NCBI GenBank assembly: GCA_023230455.1
Contig: JALNXH010000019.1
Span: forward strand, 58-64,057
Direction of reading: 5' to 3'
DNA: 64,000 bases
Source of the DNA: Rhodocyclaceae bacterium
GTDB lineage: Bacteria; Pseudomonadota; Gammaproteobacteria; Burkholderiales; Rhodocyclaceae
Shown here: in pieces, positions 44,290 to 58,291 of the stretch
Position numbering within the stretch: the first letter of the stretch is position 1
How the letters are laid out: each line of letters opens with the position of its first letter
Notes under the pieces: generated by a model
What the model was told of the DNA's origin: nothing
Seen by the model: only the letters and a program-made list of their open reading frames with translations
The model's database searches: none
Translations under genes and position numbers: made by a program

Positions 44290-45369
44290 ATGAGCAAAGG
44301 AACGGTAATCGTCGGGCTTTCCGGCGGCGTGGATTCGTCGGTTGCAGCCCTGCTGCTGAAACAGGCGGGATGGAAAGTCATCGGCCTGTTCATGAAGAAC
44401 TGGGAAGACGATGACGACGACGAGTACTGCTCGTCGCGCCAGGATCTGGTCGATGCCGTCGCCGTCGCCGACACCCTCGGCATCGACATCGAGGTAGTGA
44501 ATTTTTCCGCCGAATACAAGGAGCGGGTGTTCGCCGATTTCCTCCGCGAATACCAGGCTGGCCGGACACCGAACCCCGACGTACTGTGCAATTCGGAAAT
44601 CAAGTTCAAGGCCTTCCTCGACCATGCGGTGCAGCTCGGCGCCGACCGCATTGCCACCGGACACTATGCCCAGGTGCGGGAGTTTCTCGGCGAGTTCCAG
44701 TTGCTCAAGGCCGAGGACGGAACCAAGGACCAGAGCTACTTTCTCCACCGCCTGAACCAGGCCCAGCTGGCGAAGACCCTGTTCCCCATCGGTCATCTCT
44801 ACAAGCGCGACGTGCGGCGGATGGCCGAGGAAGCCGGCCTTGCCAATCATGCGAAGAAGGATTCGACCGGAATCTGCTTCATCGGCGAACGGCCGTTCCG
44901 CGAATTCCTCCAACGCTACCTGCCGATGCAACCGGGCGAGATTCGCAATCTCGACGACGACCGCGTGATGGGCCGGCACCAGGGATTGATGTACCACACC
45001 CTCGGCCAGCGCGACGGCCTCGGCATCGGCGGCGTCAAGGGTGCCCCGGAACTGCCCTGGTATGTGGCGGCAAAGGACATGGCGAAGAACGTCCTCTATG
45101 TCGTGCAGGGGCACGACCATCCGGCGTTGCTGCGTGATCGCCTGACGGCCATCGACCTGTCCTGGGTCTCGGGCCGGATGCCGCACACACATTGGGTGTA
45201 CACCGCAAAGGCCCGTTACCGCCAGCCCGACGCGCCGTGCGAAATCGAATCGGTGGATGCGGTGCGCTGCGAGGTGGATTTTGCAGCGCCGCAATGGGCG
45301 ATCACCCCCGGACAGAGCGTAGTGATCTACGAAAGCCGGGTATGTCTGGGCGGCGGAGTGATTGCCTGA
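44290..45369 (+). CDS. mnmA: tRNA 2-thiouridine(34) synthase
   Basis: 359 aa; PP-loop [13 protein letters not shown], ...[12 protein letters not shown]..., ...KDQSYFL..., ...[11 protein letters not shown]. Confidence 0.95.
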   Translation: MSKGTVIVGLSGGVDSSVAALLLKQAGWKVIGLFMKNWEDDDDDEYCSSRQDLVDAVAVADTLGIDIEVVNFSAEYKERVFADFLREYQAGRTPNPDVLCNSEIKFKAFLDHAVQLGADRIATGHYAQVREFLGEFQLLKAEDGTKDQSYFLHRLNQAQLAKTLFPIGHLYKRDVRRMAEEAGLANHAKKDSTGICFIGERPFREFLQRYLPMQPGEIRNLDDDRVMGRHQGLMYHTLGQRDGLGIGGVKGAPELPWYVAAKDMAKNVLYVVQGHDHPALLRDRLTAIDLSWVSGRMPHTHWVYTAKARYRQPDAPCEIESVDAVRCEVDFAAPQWAITPGQSVVIYESRVCLGGGVIA

Positions 45370-45408
45370 CCCGCCGCCGTCCTCCGGTCGGTGGATGACC
45401 GCTTCCGC

Positions 45409-47542
<2,134 letters not shown>

Positions 47543-47555
47543 CGCGCTTCCGCGC

Positions 47556-48239
47556 TCAGCGCGTCATCGTCCTGACGCCCTCGGCCGTCGCCAGCAGCAG
47601 CACATCGGCGCCGCGCCGCGCAAACAAGCCGTTGGTGACCACGCCGACAATCTGGTTCAGCTCGGTTTCCAATCCGGCCGGATCGGTAATGCTCAAACCA
47701 TGCACGTCGATGATCGCGTTGCCATTGTCGGTGACCACGCCGGCGCGCAATTTCGGCTGACCGCCAAGTTTGCCCAAGGCGCGCGCCACTTGGGCGCAGG
47801 CCATCGGGATGACCTCGATGGGTAGCGGGAATGTGCCGAGGGTTTGCACCAGCTTGCTCTGATCGCAAACACAGACGAAGGTTTTTGCAACGGCGGCGAC
47901 AATTTTCTCCCGTGTCAGCGCAGCGCCGCCGCCCTTGATCATTTCCAGTCGTGCGGTAATTTCGTCGGCACCGTCGACATACACCGGAATCTCGCGGCCG
48001 GCCTCGACCACCGCGTTGAGTTCCAGCACCTCGATGCCGTACCCCTCCAGGCGTTTCTTCGAGGCTTCGGAACTGGCCACGGTACCGCCGAGGCGGCCCT
48101 TGATCGCCGCCAGTTCATCGATGAAAAGATTGGCCGTCGAGCCAGTGCCGACGCCGACGATGGCGCCTTCCGGTACATGGCTGACCACATAGTCGCGCGC
48201 AGCGCGGGCGACGGCTTGCTTGAGTTCGTCCTGAGTCAT
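47556..48239 (-). CDS. rpiA: Ribose-5-phosphate isomerase A
   Basis: 227 aa; ...[13 protein letters not shown]..., ...VYVDGADE..., ...[14 protein letters not shown]. Confidence 0.95.
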   Translation of the reverse strand: MTQDELKQAVARAARDYVVSHVPEGAIVGVGTGSTANLFIDELAAIKGRLGGTVASSEASKKRLEGYGIEVLELNAVVEAGREIPVYVDGADEITARLEMIKGGGAALTREKIVAAVAKTFVCVCDQSKLVQTLGTFPLPIEVIPMACAQVARALGKLGGQPKLRAGVVTDNGNAIIDVHGLSITDPAGLETELNQIVGVVTNGLFARRGADVLLLATAEGVRTMTR

Positions 48240-48253
48240 GATCGATGCATTTC

Positions 48254-50047
48254 CTACGGTTTTCTACGTGAAGGGGGCAGATCGGTACAACTGCCGTGCG
48301 CCACTTCGGCCGCCAGGCCGATGCTCTCGCCCAGCGTCGGGTGCGGATGGATGGTCTTGCCGATATCCACTGCGTCGGCGCCCATCTCGATGGCCAGTGC
48401 GATCTCGCCGATCATGTCGCCGGCGCCGGGGCCGACGATGCCGCCGCCGATGATACGACGGCTTTCGGCGTCGAACACCAGTTTGGTAAAGCCGTATTCG
48501 GCGCCGTTGGCGATGGCGCGGCCGGAAGCGGCCCAGGGGAATTTGGCGCTGTTCACCGCGCGCCCGACTTTCTTCGCTTCGTCCTCGCCGACGCCGACCC
48601 AGGCCACTTCGGGGTGCGTGTAGGCGACGCCTGGGATCACCGTCGCGTCGAAGAAGCTCTTCTGCCCGGCGGCGACTTCGGCGGCAACGTGGCCTTCATG
48701 CACCGCCTTGTGCGCCAGCATCGGCTGGCCGACGATGTCGCCGATAGCGAAGATATGAGGCACGTTGGTGCGCATCTGCGTGTCGACTGGAATGAAGCCG
48801 CGTGCATCGACAGCGATACCGGCCTTGTCGGCACCGATCTTGCCGCCGTTGGGCGCACGCCCGGCCGCTTGCAGGATCAGGTCGTAGCGCTGCGTCTCGG
48901 CCGGGGCGTTCTCGCCTTCGAAGCTGACCCAGAGGCCGTCGGGCTTAGCCTCGACGGCGGCGGTGCGGGTCTTCAGCATCACCTTGCCGAAGCGCTGGGC
49001 GTTTTGCTTTTCCCAGACCTTGACCAGATCGCGGTCCGGACCCTGCATCAGGCCATCGAGCATTTCCACCACATCGACACGGGCGCCGAGGGTCGAGTAC
49101 ACCGTCGCCATTTCGAGGCCGATGATGCCGCCGCCGATCACCAGCATGCGTTCCGGTTTGCCGCGCAGTTCGAGGGCGCCGGTGGAATCGACGATGCGCG
49201 GATCGTCGGGCAGGAACGGCAGATGCACGGCCTGCGAGCCGGCCGCGACGATGGCCTGCTTGAAGCCGATCACCTTCTTTTCGCCGGTCTTGTCCTGGCC
49301 GGCGCCAGCGGTGATTTCCACCTCAAGGTGCTGCGCATCGATAAAACGGCCGAAGCCGCGCAGCACCTCGACCTTGCGCGCTTTGGCCATGCCGGCAAGG
49401 CCGGTGGTCAGCTTGCCGACGACTTTTTCCTTGTGCCCGCGCAGCTTGTCGACGTCTACCCGGGGCGCGGCGAAACTGATGCCCGCCTCCAGCACACGGG
49501 CCGCGTCCTCGATCACCGCGACGACATGCAGCAGCGCTTTGGATGGAATGCAGCCGACATTGAGGCAGACGCCGCCGAGCTGGCCGTACCGCTCGACGAT
49601 CACCGTCTTTAGCCCCAGGTCGGCGGCGCGAAAAGCTGCGGAATAACCGCCGGGGCCACCGCCGAGGACGAGTAAATCGTAGTCGGTGGGAAGCGGTGAG
49701 GGGGCAGCGGTGAGGGGTAAGGGGTTCGCTGTAAGCGGTGGCTGAGTGAGAGTGGTTGCTGGAGCGGCCGCCGGTTCTTGTGCTTCACCGCTGACCGCTT
49801 CCTGCTCGTGCTTCTCAAGCAGAACGATCAGCGACCCCTCGGCCACCTTGTCGCCAATCTTCACCTTCACTTCCTTCACCACCCCCGCCGACGGTGACGG
49901 CACATCCATCGTCGCCTTGTCCGACTCCAACGTCAGCAGACTCTCCTCCGCCTCCACCCGGTCTCCCACCTTCACCGCAATCTCAATCACCGGAACGTCC
50001 TTGTAGCCCCCAATGTCCGGTACCTTCACTTCAATCAATGAGCTCAT
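48254..50047 (-). CDS. lpdA: Dihydrolipoyl dehydrogenase (E3) with N-terminal lipoyl domain
   Basis: 597 aa. Residues 1-78 form a lipoyl domain ([11 protein letters not shown]). The rest is E3: [11 protein letters not shown], redox disulfide [13 protein letters not shown], ...HAHPTLGE. Confidence 0.95.
   Translation of the reverse strand: MSSLIEVKVPDIGGYKDVPVIEIAVKVGDRVEAEESLLTLESDKATMDVPSPSAGVVKEVKVKIGDKVAEGSLIVLLEKHEQEAVSGEAQEPAAAPATTLTQPPLTANPLPLTAAPSPLPTDYDLLVLGGGPGGYSAAFRAADLGLKTVIVERYGQLGGVCLNVGCIPSKALLHVVAVIEDAARVLEAGISFAAPRVDVDKLRGHKEKVVGKLTTGLAGMAKARKVEVLRGFGRFIDAQHLEVEITAGAGQDKTGEKKVIGFKQAIVAAGSQAVHLPFLPDDPRIVDSTGALELRGKPERMLVIGGGIIGLEMATVYSTLGARVDVVEMLDGLMQGPDRDLVKVWEKQNAQRFGKVMLKTRTAAVEAKPDGLWVSFEGENAPAETQRYDLILQAAGRAPNGGKIGADKAGIAVDARGFIPVDTQMRTNVPHIFAIGDIVGQPMLAHKAVHEGHVAAEVAAGQKSFFDATVIPGVAYTHPEVAWVGVGEDEAKKVGRAVNSAKFPWAASGRAIANGAEYGFTKLVFDAESRRIIGGGIVGPGAGDMIGEIALAIEMGADAVDIGKTIHPHPTLGESIGLAAEVAHGSCTDLPPSRRKP
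49827..50047 (-). repeat. Lipoyl-domain DNA repeat, copy 1 (5' end of lpd)
   Basis: 221 bp, differing at only 3 positions from 51762-51982 (hand alignment; differences at 49894, 49967 and 49997). Confidence 0.9.
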
Positions 50048-50051
50048 CGCA

Positions 50052-50621
50052 TCAGACCTTCAGCTTTTCGCTGTAGGACACCACCGGGCCGCCCGATGCG
50101 GTGTCGAATTCGATTCCGGCAGCGACGCCGACGCGGGCGATCGCCTGCGCATCGGCCGCCTGGTCGTAGGCCGCATGCATTGCGCCGAGCGCAAAATTGC
50201 GGCCGGACCCGATGCCCCAGAACAGATCGAACTCGAATACCTCGCGCAGCGAAAACACGCCGTAGATGCCCGACGCGTTGGCTATCAGCGCGGTGATCTG
50301 CGACGATTCGTAGGGATCGTCGTCGTCTTCCTTGGGATTCAGATAGGCGTGTTCCTTAAGGATCGGATGCAGCTGGCGGAAGGTTTCGTACACCTCCATG
50401 CGCGAGCCGAAGCGCACATTGTCCAGCCGCGCCATGGCCGAAAGCAGCACCAGGTGATGCGCAGAGCTGCCGCAGACGCCGACCCAGGAATCGCCGACAC
50501 GGAGGATCTTGTCGTGCTCGCCCTTGTAGGAGCGGCCGAGTCGGGTATCGCCGAAGCTGGTCATCGAGTCGGCGGCAATCGCCACCTGGTCGCCTTTTTT
50601 CACTACCGTAATCGTGGTCAC
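50052..50621 (-). CDS. Proteasome/HslV-type Ntn-hydrolase homologue (BPH-like) embedded in the PDH operon
   Basis: 189 aa. GTG start overlaps the aceF stop (GTGA), and its own stop lies 4 nt before the lpd ATG. N-terminus M-TTITVV.., ..GEHDKILRV.., ..GIGSGRNFALGAMHA.. align by eye with HslV (TTIVSV, KKVRRL, AIGSGGPYAQAAARA). Confidence 0.6.
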   Translation of the reverse strand: MTTITVVKKGDQVAIAADSMTSFGDTRLGRSYKGEHDKILRVGDSWVGVCGSSAHHLVLLSAMARLDNVRFGSRMEVYETFRQLHPILKEHAYLNPKEDDDDPYESSQITALIANASGIYGVFSLREVFEFDLFWGIGSGRNFALGAMHAAYDQAADAQAIARVGVAAGIEFDTASGGPVVSYSEKLKV

Positions 50622-51982
50622 AGCGTGGCCCTCCGCAGGTCGGCGAGCAGTTCGCCAAGATGGACAACGAAGCGCGCCGCCGCCGCACCGTCGATGACGC
50701 GATGATCATAGGACAACGAGAGCGGCAGCATTTGCCGCGGGACGAAAGACTCGCCGTTCCACACCGGGCGCAACTGGGTTTTCGAAACCCCGAGGATGGC
50801 CACCTCCGGTGCGTTGATGATCGGCGTGAAAGCAGTGCCGCCGATGCCGCCGAGACTGGAAATGGAGAAGCAGCCGCCGCTCATCTCAGCCGGTCCGATC
50901 TTGCCGTCGCGCGCCTTCTTCGCCAGCTCGGCGGTCTCCGCGGCGAGCTGCAGCACGCCTTTGCGGTCGGCGTCGCGGATCACCGGCACCACCAGTCCGT
51001 TCGGCGTATCGGCGGCGAAGCCAATGTGGACGTACTGCTTCAACACAAGCGTGTCTCCATCAAGCGAGGCGTTGAATTCGGGAAATCGCTTCAGCGCCGC
51101 GACGCAGGCCTTGATGATGAACGCCAGCATGGTGAGCTTAGGCGTGGCGGCGTGGCGCTCGTTTTCCTTGTTGATGCGGACACGGAAGGCTTCGAGATCG
51201 GTGATGTCGGCTTCGTCGAACTGCGTGACGTGGGGAATCATCGCCCAGTTGCGCGCCAGATTGGCGCCGGAGATTTTCTTGATCCGCGACAGCGGCCGGG
51301 TTTCGATCGGACCAAACTTGGCGAAGTCCACCTGCGGCCAGGGCAGCAGGTTGAGGCTACCACCGCTGGCCATCGGTGGCGCGACCGGCGGCATGCTGAC
51401 GATGCCCTTGACGAACGCCACCACATCTTCGCGGGTGATGCGGCCCTTCGGCCCATTGCCGGAAATCTTGCCAATGTCGGCACCAAGCTCACGCGCGAAA
51501 GCGCGCACCGACGGACTGGCGTGGGCCTTGTGGCCGCCCAGAACATCGGCAGCGGTTTCCTGCGCCGTCGGAATATGCACGGGCATGGGGGCCGCGATCG
51601 GCTCCATTTCCGAAAGGGACGAGGGACGGGGGACGAGGGACGGGGATGGCGCCGCAGCAGAGACTGGAAGAGAGGCCAGTGCAGCAACGTGAGCAGCGGA
51701 GTCGCCGCTCAGGGTTTTCCCCGGCTCCCGTTCCCCTTTCTCGCTGCCCTCAAGCACGACAATCAGCGACCCCTCGGCCACCTTGTCGCCAATCTTCACC
51801 TTCACTTCCTTCACCACCCCCGCCGACGGCGACGGCACATCCATCGTCGCCTTGTCCGACTCCAACGTCAGCAGACTCTCCTCCGCCTCCACCCGGTCTC
51901 CCGCCTTCACCGCAATCTCAATCACCGGAACATCCTTGTAGCCCCCAATGTCCGGTACCTTCACTTCAATCAATGAGCTCAT
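50618..51982 (-). CDS. aceF: Dihydrolipoamide acetyltransferase (E2) of pyruvate dehydrogenase
   Basis: 454 aa; one lipoyl domain, Ala/Pro linker, E3/E1-binding domain (ASPSVRAFARELGADI..GPKGRITREDV), catalytic domain with DHRVIDGA. Confidence 0.95.
   Translation of the reverse strand: MSSLIEVKVPDIGGYKDVPVIEIAVKAGDRVEAEESLLTLESDKATMDVPSPSAGVVKEVKVKIGDKVAEGSLIVVLEGSEKGEREPGKTLSGDSAAHVAALASLPVSAAAPSPSLVPRPSSLSEMEPIAAPMPVHIPTAQETAADVLGGHKAHASPSVRAFARELGADIGKISGNGPKGRITREDVVAFVKGIVSMPPVAPPMASGGSLNLLPWPQVDFAKFGPIETRPLSRIKKISGANLARNWAMIPHVTQFDEADITDLEAFRVRINKENERHAATPKLTMLAFIIKACVAALKRFPEFNASLDGDTLVLKQYVHIGFAADTPNGLVVPVIRDADRKGVLQLAAETAELAKKARDGKIGPAEMSGGCFSISSLGGIGGTAFTPIINAPEVAILGVSKTQLRPVWNGESFVPRQMLPLSLSYDHRVIDGAAAARFVVHLGELLADLRRATL
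51762..51982 (-). repeat. Lipoyl-domain DNA repeat, copy 2 (5' end of aceF)
   Basis: See copy 1; 218 of 221 nt identical. Confidence 0.9.
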
Positions 51983-51994
51983 CGAGCGCGCTCC

Positions 51995-54676
<2,682 letters not shown>

Positions 54677-54856
54677 CGTGTGCCTCGCGCGGGTTATGCG
54701 ATAGCCGCGGATAGCGGTACGCGGATGGGGAATGTTTGCTTGATCTAAGCGAGCCCGTATATTGTGCAACACGCGGAGCCGGTTTGAACGTCTGCTGTCA
54801 TATACAGGACTCGCGCAAAGCCCGGCGCAGAGCGCGATTCGGTGGAGGGAAAGAAC

Positions 54857-55438
54857 ATGTTTCAGGTGCGGATACACGGTCGCGGCGGTCAAGGTGTGGT
54901 CACCGCGGCAGAGATGCTGTCGGCGGCGGCCTTCGACGAGGGACGCCATGCGCAGGCATTTCCCAGCTTCGGTTCGGAGCGCACCGGCGCGCCGGTGGTG
55001 GCCTTCTGCCGCATCGACGACCGCGAGATTCGCTTGCGCGAGCCGGTGATGGAACCCGATGCCCTGATCATCCAGGACCCGACGCTGCTGCACCAGGTCG
55101 ATGTTTTCTCCGGCCTCAAGCGCGGCGGCTACATCCTGATCAACACCGGCAAGAGCTTCGCCGAACTCGGTCTGGGTGATTACGTCCGCGACTGGCCCGC
55201 CGAACGCCTGTGCACGGTGCCGGCGACCGAAATCGCACTGCGCCACGTCGCCCGGCCGATGCCCAACGTGCCGCTGCTGGCCGGCTTTGCCGCGATGTCC
55301 GGGTTGATCCGGCTGGAGTCGGTGTGCAAGGCGATCGAGGAGCGCTTTGCCGCGAAGCTGGCGGCGGCCAACATCGCCGCCGCCGAGGAGGCCTACCGCA
55401 TCGTCAAGGACGAGGTAAAGGAGACGCTGCATGCTTAA
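54857..55438 (+). CDS. porG: 2-oxoacid:ferredoxin oxidoreductase, gamma subunit
   Basis: MFQVRIHGRGGQGVVTAAEMLSAAAF..G..AQAFPSFGSERTGAPV is the OFOR gamma signature. GGAGGG RBS before the ATG at 54857. Confidence 0.85.
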   Translation: MFQVRIHGRGGQGVVTAAEMLSAAAFDEGRHAQAFPSFGSERTGAPVVAFCRIDDREIRLREPVMEPDALIIQDPTLLHQVDVFSGLKRGGYILINTGKSFAELGLGDYVRDWPAERLCTVPATEIALRHVARPMPNVPLLAGFAAMSGLIRLESVCKAIEERFAAKLAAANIAAAEEAYRIVKDEVKETLHA

Positions 55439-56684
55439 ACAGACCGAAGGCTCCCGCGCCGTCGCCGAGGCCGTGGCACTGTGCCGGCCGGAAGTGATCT
55501 GCGCCTATCCGATCTCGCCGCAGACCCACATCGTCGAAGCGCTCGGCGAAAGCGTGAAGGATGGCACGCTGACGTCGTGCGAATTCATCAATGTCGAAAG
55601 TGAGTTCGCCGCGATGAGCGTGGCCATCGGCGCCTCCGCCGCCGGCGCGCGCAGCTATACGGCGACGGCCAGCCAGGGCCTGCTGTTCATGGCCGAAGCG
55701 GTGTACAACGCGTCCGGCCTCGGCCTGCCGATCGTGATGACCCTGGCCAACCGCGCCATCGGTGCGCCGATCAACATCTGGAACGACCACTCCGACGCGA
55801 TGTCGATGCGCGATTCGGGCTGGCTCCAGCTCTTTGCCGAGACCAACCAGGAAGCGGTGGATCTGCACATCCAGGCCTTCCGTTTGGGCGAGGAACTGTC
55901 GATGCCGGTGATGGTGTGCATGGACGGCTTCATCCTCACCCATGCCTATGAGCGCGTGGACATGCCGAGCCAGGCGCAGGTGGATGCCTACCTGCCACCC
56001 TACGTGCCGCGCCAGGTGCTCGATCCGGCCGCACCGGTATCCATCGGCGCCATGGTCGGGCCGGAGACCTTCATGGAAGTGCGCTACCTCGCCCACGCCA
56101 AGCAGATGCAGGCGCTGGAGCGCATTCCGCAATTGGCGGCCGAGTTCAAACAGATATTCGGCCGCGACAGCGGCGGCCTCACGCACACCTACCAGGCCGA
56201 GGGCGCCGAAACCATGGTGGTGGCAATGGGTTCGGTGCTCGGCACGATCAAGGACGTGGTCGATGAAATGCGCGCCGACGGCCACGCCATCGGCGTACTC
56301 GGCATCACCAGCTATCGCCCCTTTCCGCTCACCGCAGTGCGCGCCGCCTTGAAGAGCGCGAAGCGCGTGGTGATCCTGGAAAAGAGCCTGGCGGTAGGCA
56401 TCGGCGGCATCCTTTCCACCGACGTGCGCATGGCCCTGTCGGGGCTGCACCTGCACGGCTACACAGTGATCGCCGGCCTCGGCGGACGTTCCATCACCAA
56501 GAAGTCATTGCATGGCTTGTTCCGTCAGGCGGAGCAGGATGCGCTCGAACATACGACCTTCCTCGACCTCGACTGGAACATCGTTAACAAACAACTCGAA
56601 CGGGAACGCCAGACCCGACACTCCGGCCCCGTGGCCGAAAACCTGTTGCGCGACCAAGGGGTCGTGGCGGCGAAGATTGGGTAG
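55431..56684 (+). CDS. porA: 2-oxoacid:ferredoxin oxidoreductase, alpha subunit
   Basis: 417 aa; ..GSRAVAEAVALCRPEVICAYPISPQTHIVE..., ..SEFAAMSVAIGASAAGARSYTATASQGLLFM.E. Start overlaps the porG stop by 8 nt. Confidence 0.9.
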   Translation: MLKQTEGSRAVAEAVALCRPEVICAYPISPQTHIVEALGESVKDGTLTSCEFINVESEFAAMSVAIGASAAGARSYTATASQGLLFMAEAVYNASGLGLPIVMTLANRAIGAPINIWNDHSDAMSMRDSGWLQLFAETNQEAVDLHIQAFRLGEELSMPVMVCMDGFILTHAYERVDMPSQAQVDAYLPPYVPRQVLDPAAPVSIGAMVGPETFMEVRYLAHAKQMQALERIPQLAAEFKQIFGRDSGGLTHTYQAEGAETMVVAMGSVLGTIKDVVDEMRADGHAIGVLGITSYRPFPLTAVRAALKSAKRVVILEKSLAVGIGGILSTDVRMALSGLHLHGYTVIAGLGGRSITKKSLHGLFRQAEQDALEHTTFLDLDWNIVNKQLERERQTRHSGPVAENLLRDQGVVAAKIG

Positions 56685-56695
56685 GGGTCGGCTAT

Positions 56696-57280
56696 ATGGA
56701 ATATTTGTCGTTGTTCCGGATGCCAACTCCGATGAAGATTACCGGGCGGTCTTCAAGCATCACAAACGCTTTTATCAACTCGATTGTTCCGGTAGTACTG
56801 CCAAGTGCGGAAGAGATGAAGCAAGCCCTCGATCTACTCGGAATGACTCCAGATACTTTCCAGTGTGCGTATTGCGGTGGCGTTGCCTCCGAATGGGATC
56901 ACCTCCGGCCACTCGTCAAAGACAAAAAGCCGACTGGCTATATCTCTGAGATTCGCAATCTCGTTCCGTCCTGTGGCAAGTGCAATCAGTCGAAGGGTAA
57001 TAAAGGCTGGAAAACTTGGATGGAAAGCACTGCCAAATTGTCACCAACAAAACGTGAGATCAAAGACGTTGCGGAGAGAGTGAATCGACTAGAGGCTTAT
57101 GAAAACTGGGGCGTGCCTATCCAGATTAATTTTGAGAAGGAAGTAGACAAAGACCTTTGGTCCCAGCATTGGCAAAACTGCGAAAAAGTGCAGGCGATCA
57201 TGCGTGAGTCGCAGGAACTTGCCACGAAAATTAAATTCGCGGTGGCGCGTGCTTATGAAGTAAAAGCACTTGACCGCTAG
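56696..57280 (+). CDS. HNH endonuclease
   Basis: 194 aa; His-Me finger with zinc Cys pairs: FQCAYCGGVASEWDHLRPLV...IRNLVPSCGKCNQSKGNK, then a helical C-terminal region. Begins 12 nt after the porA stop. Confidence 0.8.
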   Translation: MEYLSLFRMPTPMKITGRSSSITNAFINSIVPVVLPSAEEMKQALDLLGMTPDTFQCAYCGGVASEWDHLRPLVKDKKPTGYISEIRNLVPSCGKCNQSKGNKGWKTWMESTAKLSPTKREIKDVAERVNRLEAYENWGVPIQINFEKEVDKDLWSQHWQNCEKVQAIMRESQELATKIKFAVARAYEVKALDR

Positions 57281-57318
57281 GGACAGTCACTTGCAGCATT
57301 TTTTTCCGAGATAAGCGT

Positions 57319-58251
57319 ATGAACAAGAAAATCACAAAACAGGATGCTTCTGCTGATCATCTTGTCGTATTCCAGGAAACGGCTATCCGGCGTACTTGGC
57401 ACAACGAAGCGTGGTGGTTTTCCGTGGTCGATGTGTGTAGCGTACTGACCGGGAGCCCCGATGCCGGGGCCTACTGGCGCAAGCTGAAACAGCGGTTGGG
57501 TGCGGAGGGCAGCGAAGTCGTGACGTTTTGTCACGGGTTGAAACTCGAAGCTCCGGATGGCAAGCAGCGCGTAACCGATTGCGCCAATACCGAGGGTTTG
57601 TTCCGCATCGTCCAATCCATTCCCTCGCCCCGCGCGGAACCATTCAAGCGCTGGCTGGCGCAAGTGGGTTACGAGCGAGTGAAGGAAATCGAAAATCCGG
57701 AATTGGCCAGCGCCCGTGCCCGCGCGCTGTATCAGGCCAAGGGCTACCCGCAGGCGTGGATCGAGAAGCGCTTGCGCTCCATCGCCGTGCGCGGCGAACT
57801 GACCGACGAGTGGAAAGAGCGTGGCGTCAAGGAGGGTAGAGAATATTCCATCCTGACCGCCGAAATCGCTCGCGCGACCTTCGGCGTCACTCCCGGCGCG
57901 CATAGCCGGCTCAAGGGGCTGGACAAGGTGAAAACCGGCAACAATCTGCGCGACCATATGACCGATCTGGAACTGATCTTCACCATGCTGGGCGAAGCCG
58001 GGACCACGGAAATCGCCCGGCGCAAGGACGCTCAGGGTTTTGTCGACAACCGCCGGGCCGCCAAGGAAGGCGGCGCCATCGCCGGCGATGCGCGCAAGGC
58101 GCTGGAAGCGAAAAGCGGCAAGCCGGTGGTGAGCAAAGACAACTACCTGGCGCCGCCTGTCGAATCGGGTAGGCTCGTTGAAGTCGCAGCTGCCGTGCTT
58201 CCGAAAAAATCCAAAGCAGCGAAAGCAAAGCGCAAGGAGGCCAAAACATGA
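57319..58251 (+). CDS. Bro-N domain protein, DinD (DNA-damage-inducible protein D)-like
   Basis: 310 aa. The N-terminus (..LVVFQETAIRRTWHNEAWWFSVVDVCSVLTGS...) has the Bro-N pattern. The remainder (..NLRDHMTDLELIFTMLGEAGTTEIARRKDAQGF..) parallels the E. coli DinD C-terminal part (..LDHMGSTELAANLFRATQTEEKL..) by eye. Confidence 0.7.
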   Translation: MNKKITKQDASADHLVVFQETAIRRTWHNEAWWFSVVDVCSVLTGSPDAGAYWRKLKQRLGAEGSEVVTFCHGLKLEAPDGKQRVTDCANTEGLFRIVQSIPSPRAEPFKRWLAQVGYERVKEIENPELASARARALYQAKGYPQAWIEKRLRSIAVRGELTDEWKERGVKEGREYSILTAEIARATFGVTPGAHSRLKGLDKVKTGNNLRDHMTDLELIFTMLGEAGTTEIARRKDAQGFVDNRRAAKEGGAIAGDARKALEAKSGKPVVSKDNYLAPPVESGRLVEVAAAVLPKKSKAAKAKRKEAKT

Positions 58252-58291
58252 AGGTTGTTGACGCCGCCTCTTATTTCAAACGGTGACCCCC

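Larger units (their letters stand above)
56685..58291 (+). mobile_element. 1.6-kb two-gene insertion between porA and porB (possible homing/selfish or defence cassette)
   Basis: It interrupts an otherwise tightly coupled operon. The first gene is visibly AT-richer (56/120 G+C at 56701-56820 versus 42/60 at 56401-56460, hand counts). No flanking repeats, integrase or transposase were seen. Confidence 0.4.

Noticed and set aside
42433-45294. 953-aa ORF on the minus strand
   Set aside because: It runs antisense across three well-supported plus-strand genes (multicopper oxidase, NUDIX, mnmA). Its translation is Arg/Ala/Gly/His-rich low-complexity sequence typical of shadow ORFs in high-GC DNA, and no motif is recognisable.
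54795-54807. CTGTCATATACAG palindrome-like motif in the aceE/porG intergenic region as a LexA/SOS box
   Set aside because: The spacing is CTG-N7-CAG rather than CTGT-N8-ACAG, and the dyad is imperfect. It may bind some regulator, but I cannot support an SOS-box call.
54677-55432. N-terminal 250-codon extension of the aceE ORF (the track ORF starts at 55432)
   Set aside because: The conserved E1 N-terminus starts at the ATG at 54676 (893 aa, typical length). The extension overlaps the divergent porG gene and the intergenic control region.
58247-58285. 12-codon mini-ORF (MKVVDAASYFKR) with an AAGGAGG RBS overlapping the end of the Bro-N gene
   Set aside because: Very short with no supporting features. 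The RBS-like string is part of the Bro-N coding sequence (..KRKEAKT*). It might aid re-initiation at porB, but that is speculation.
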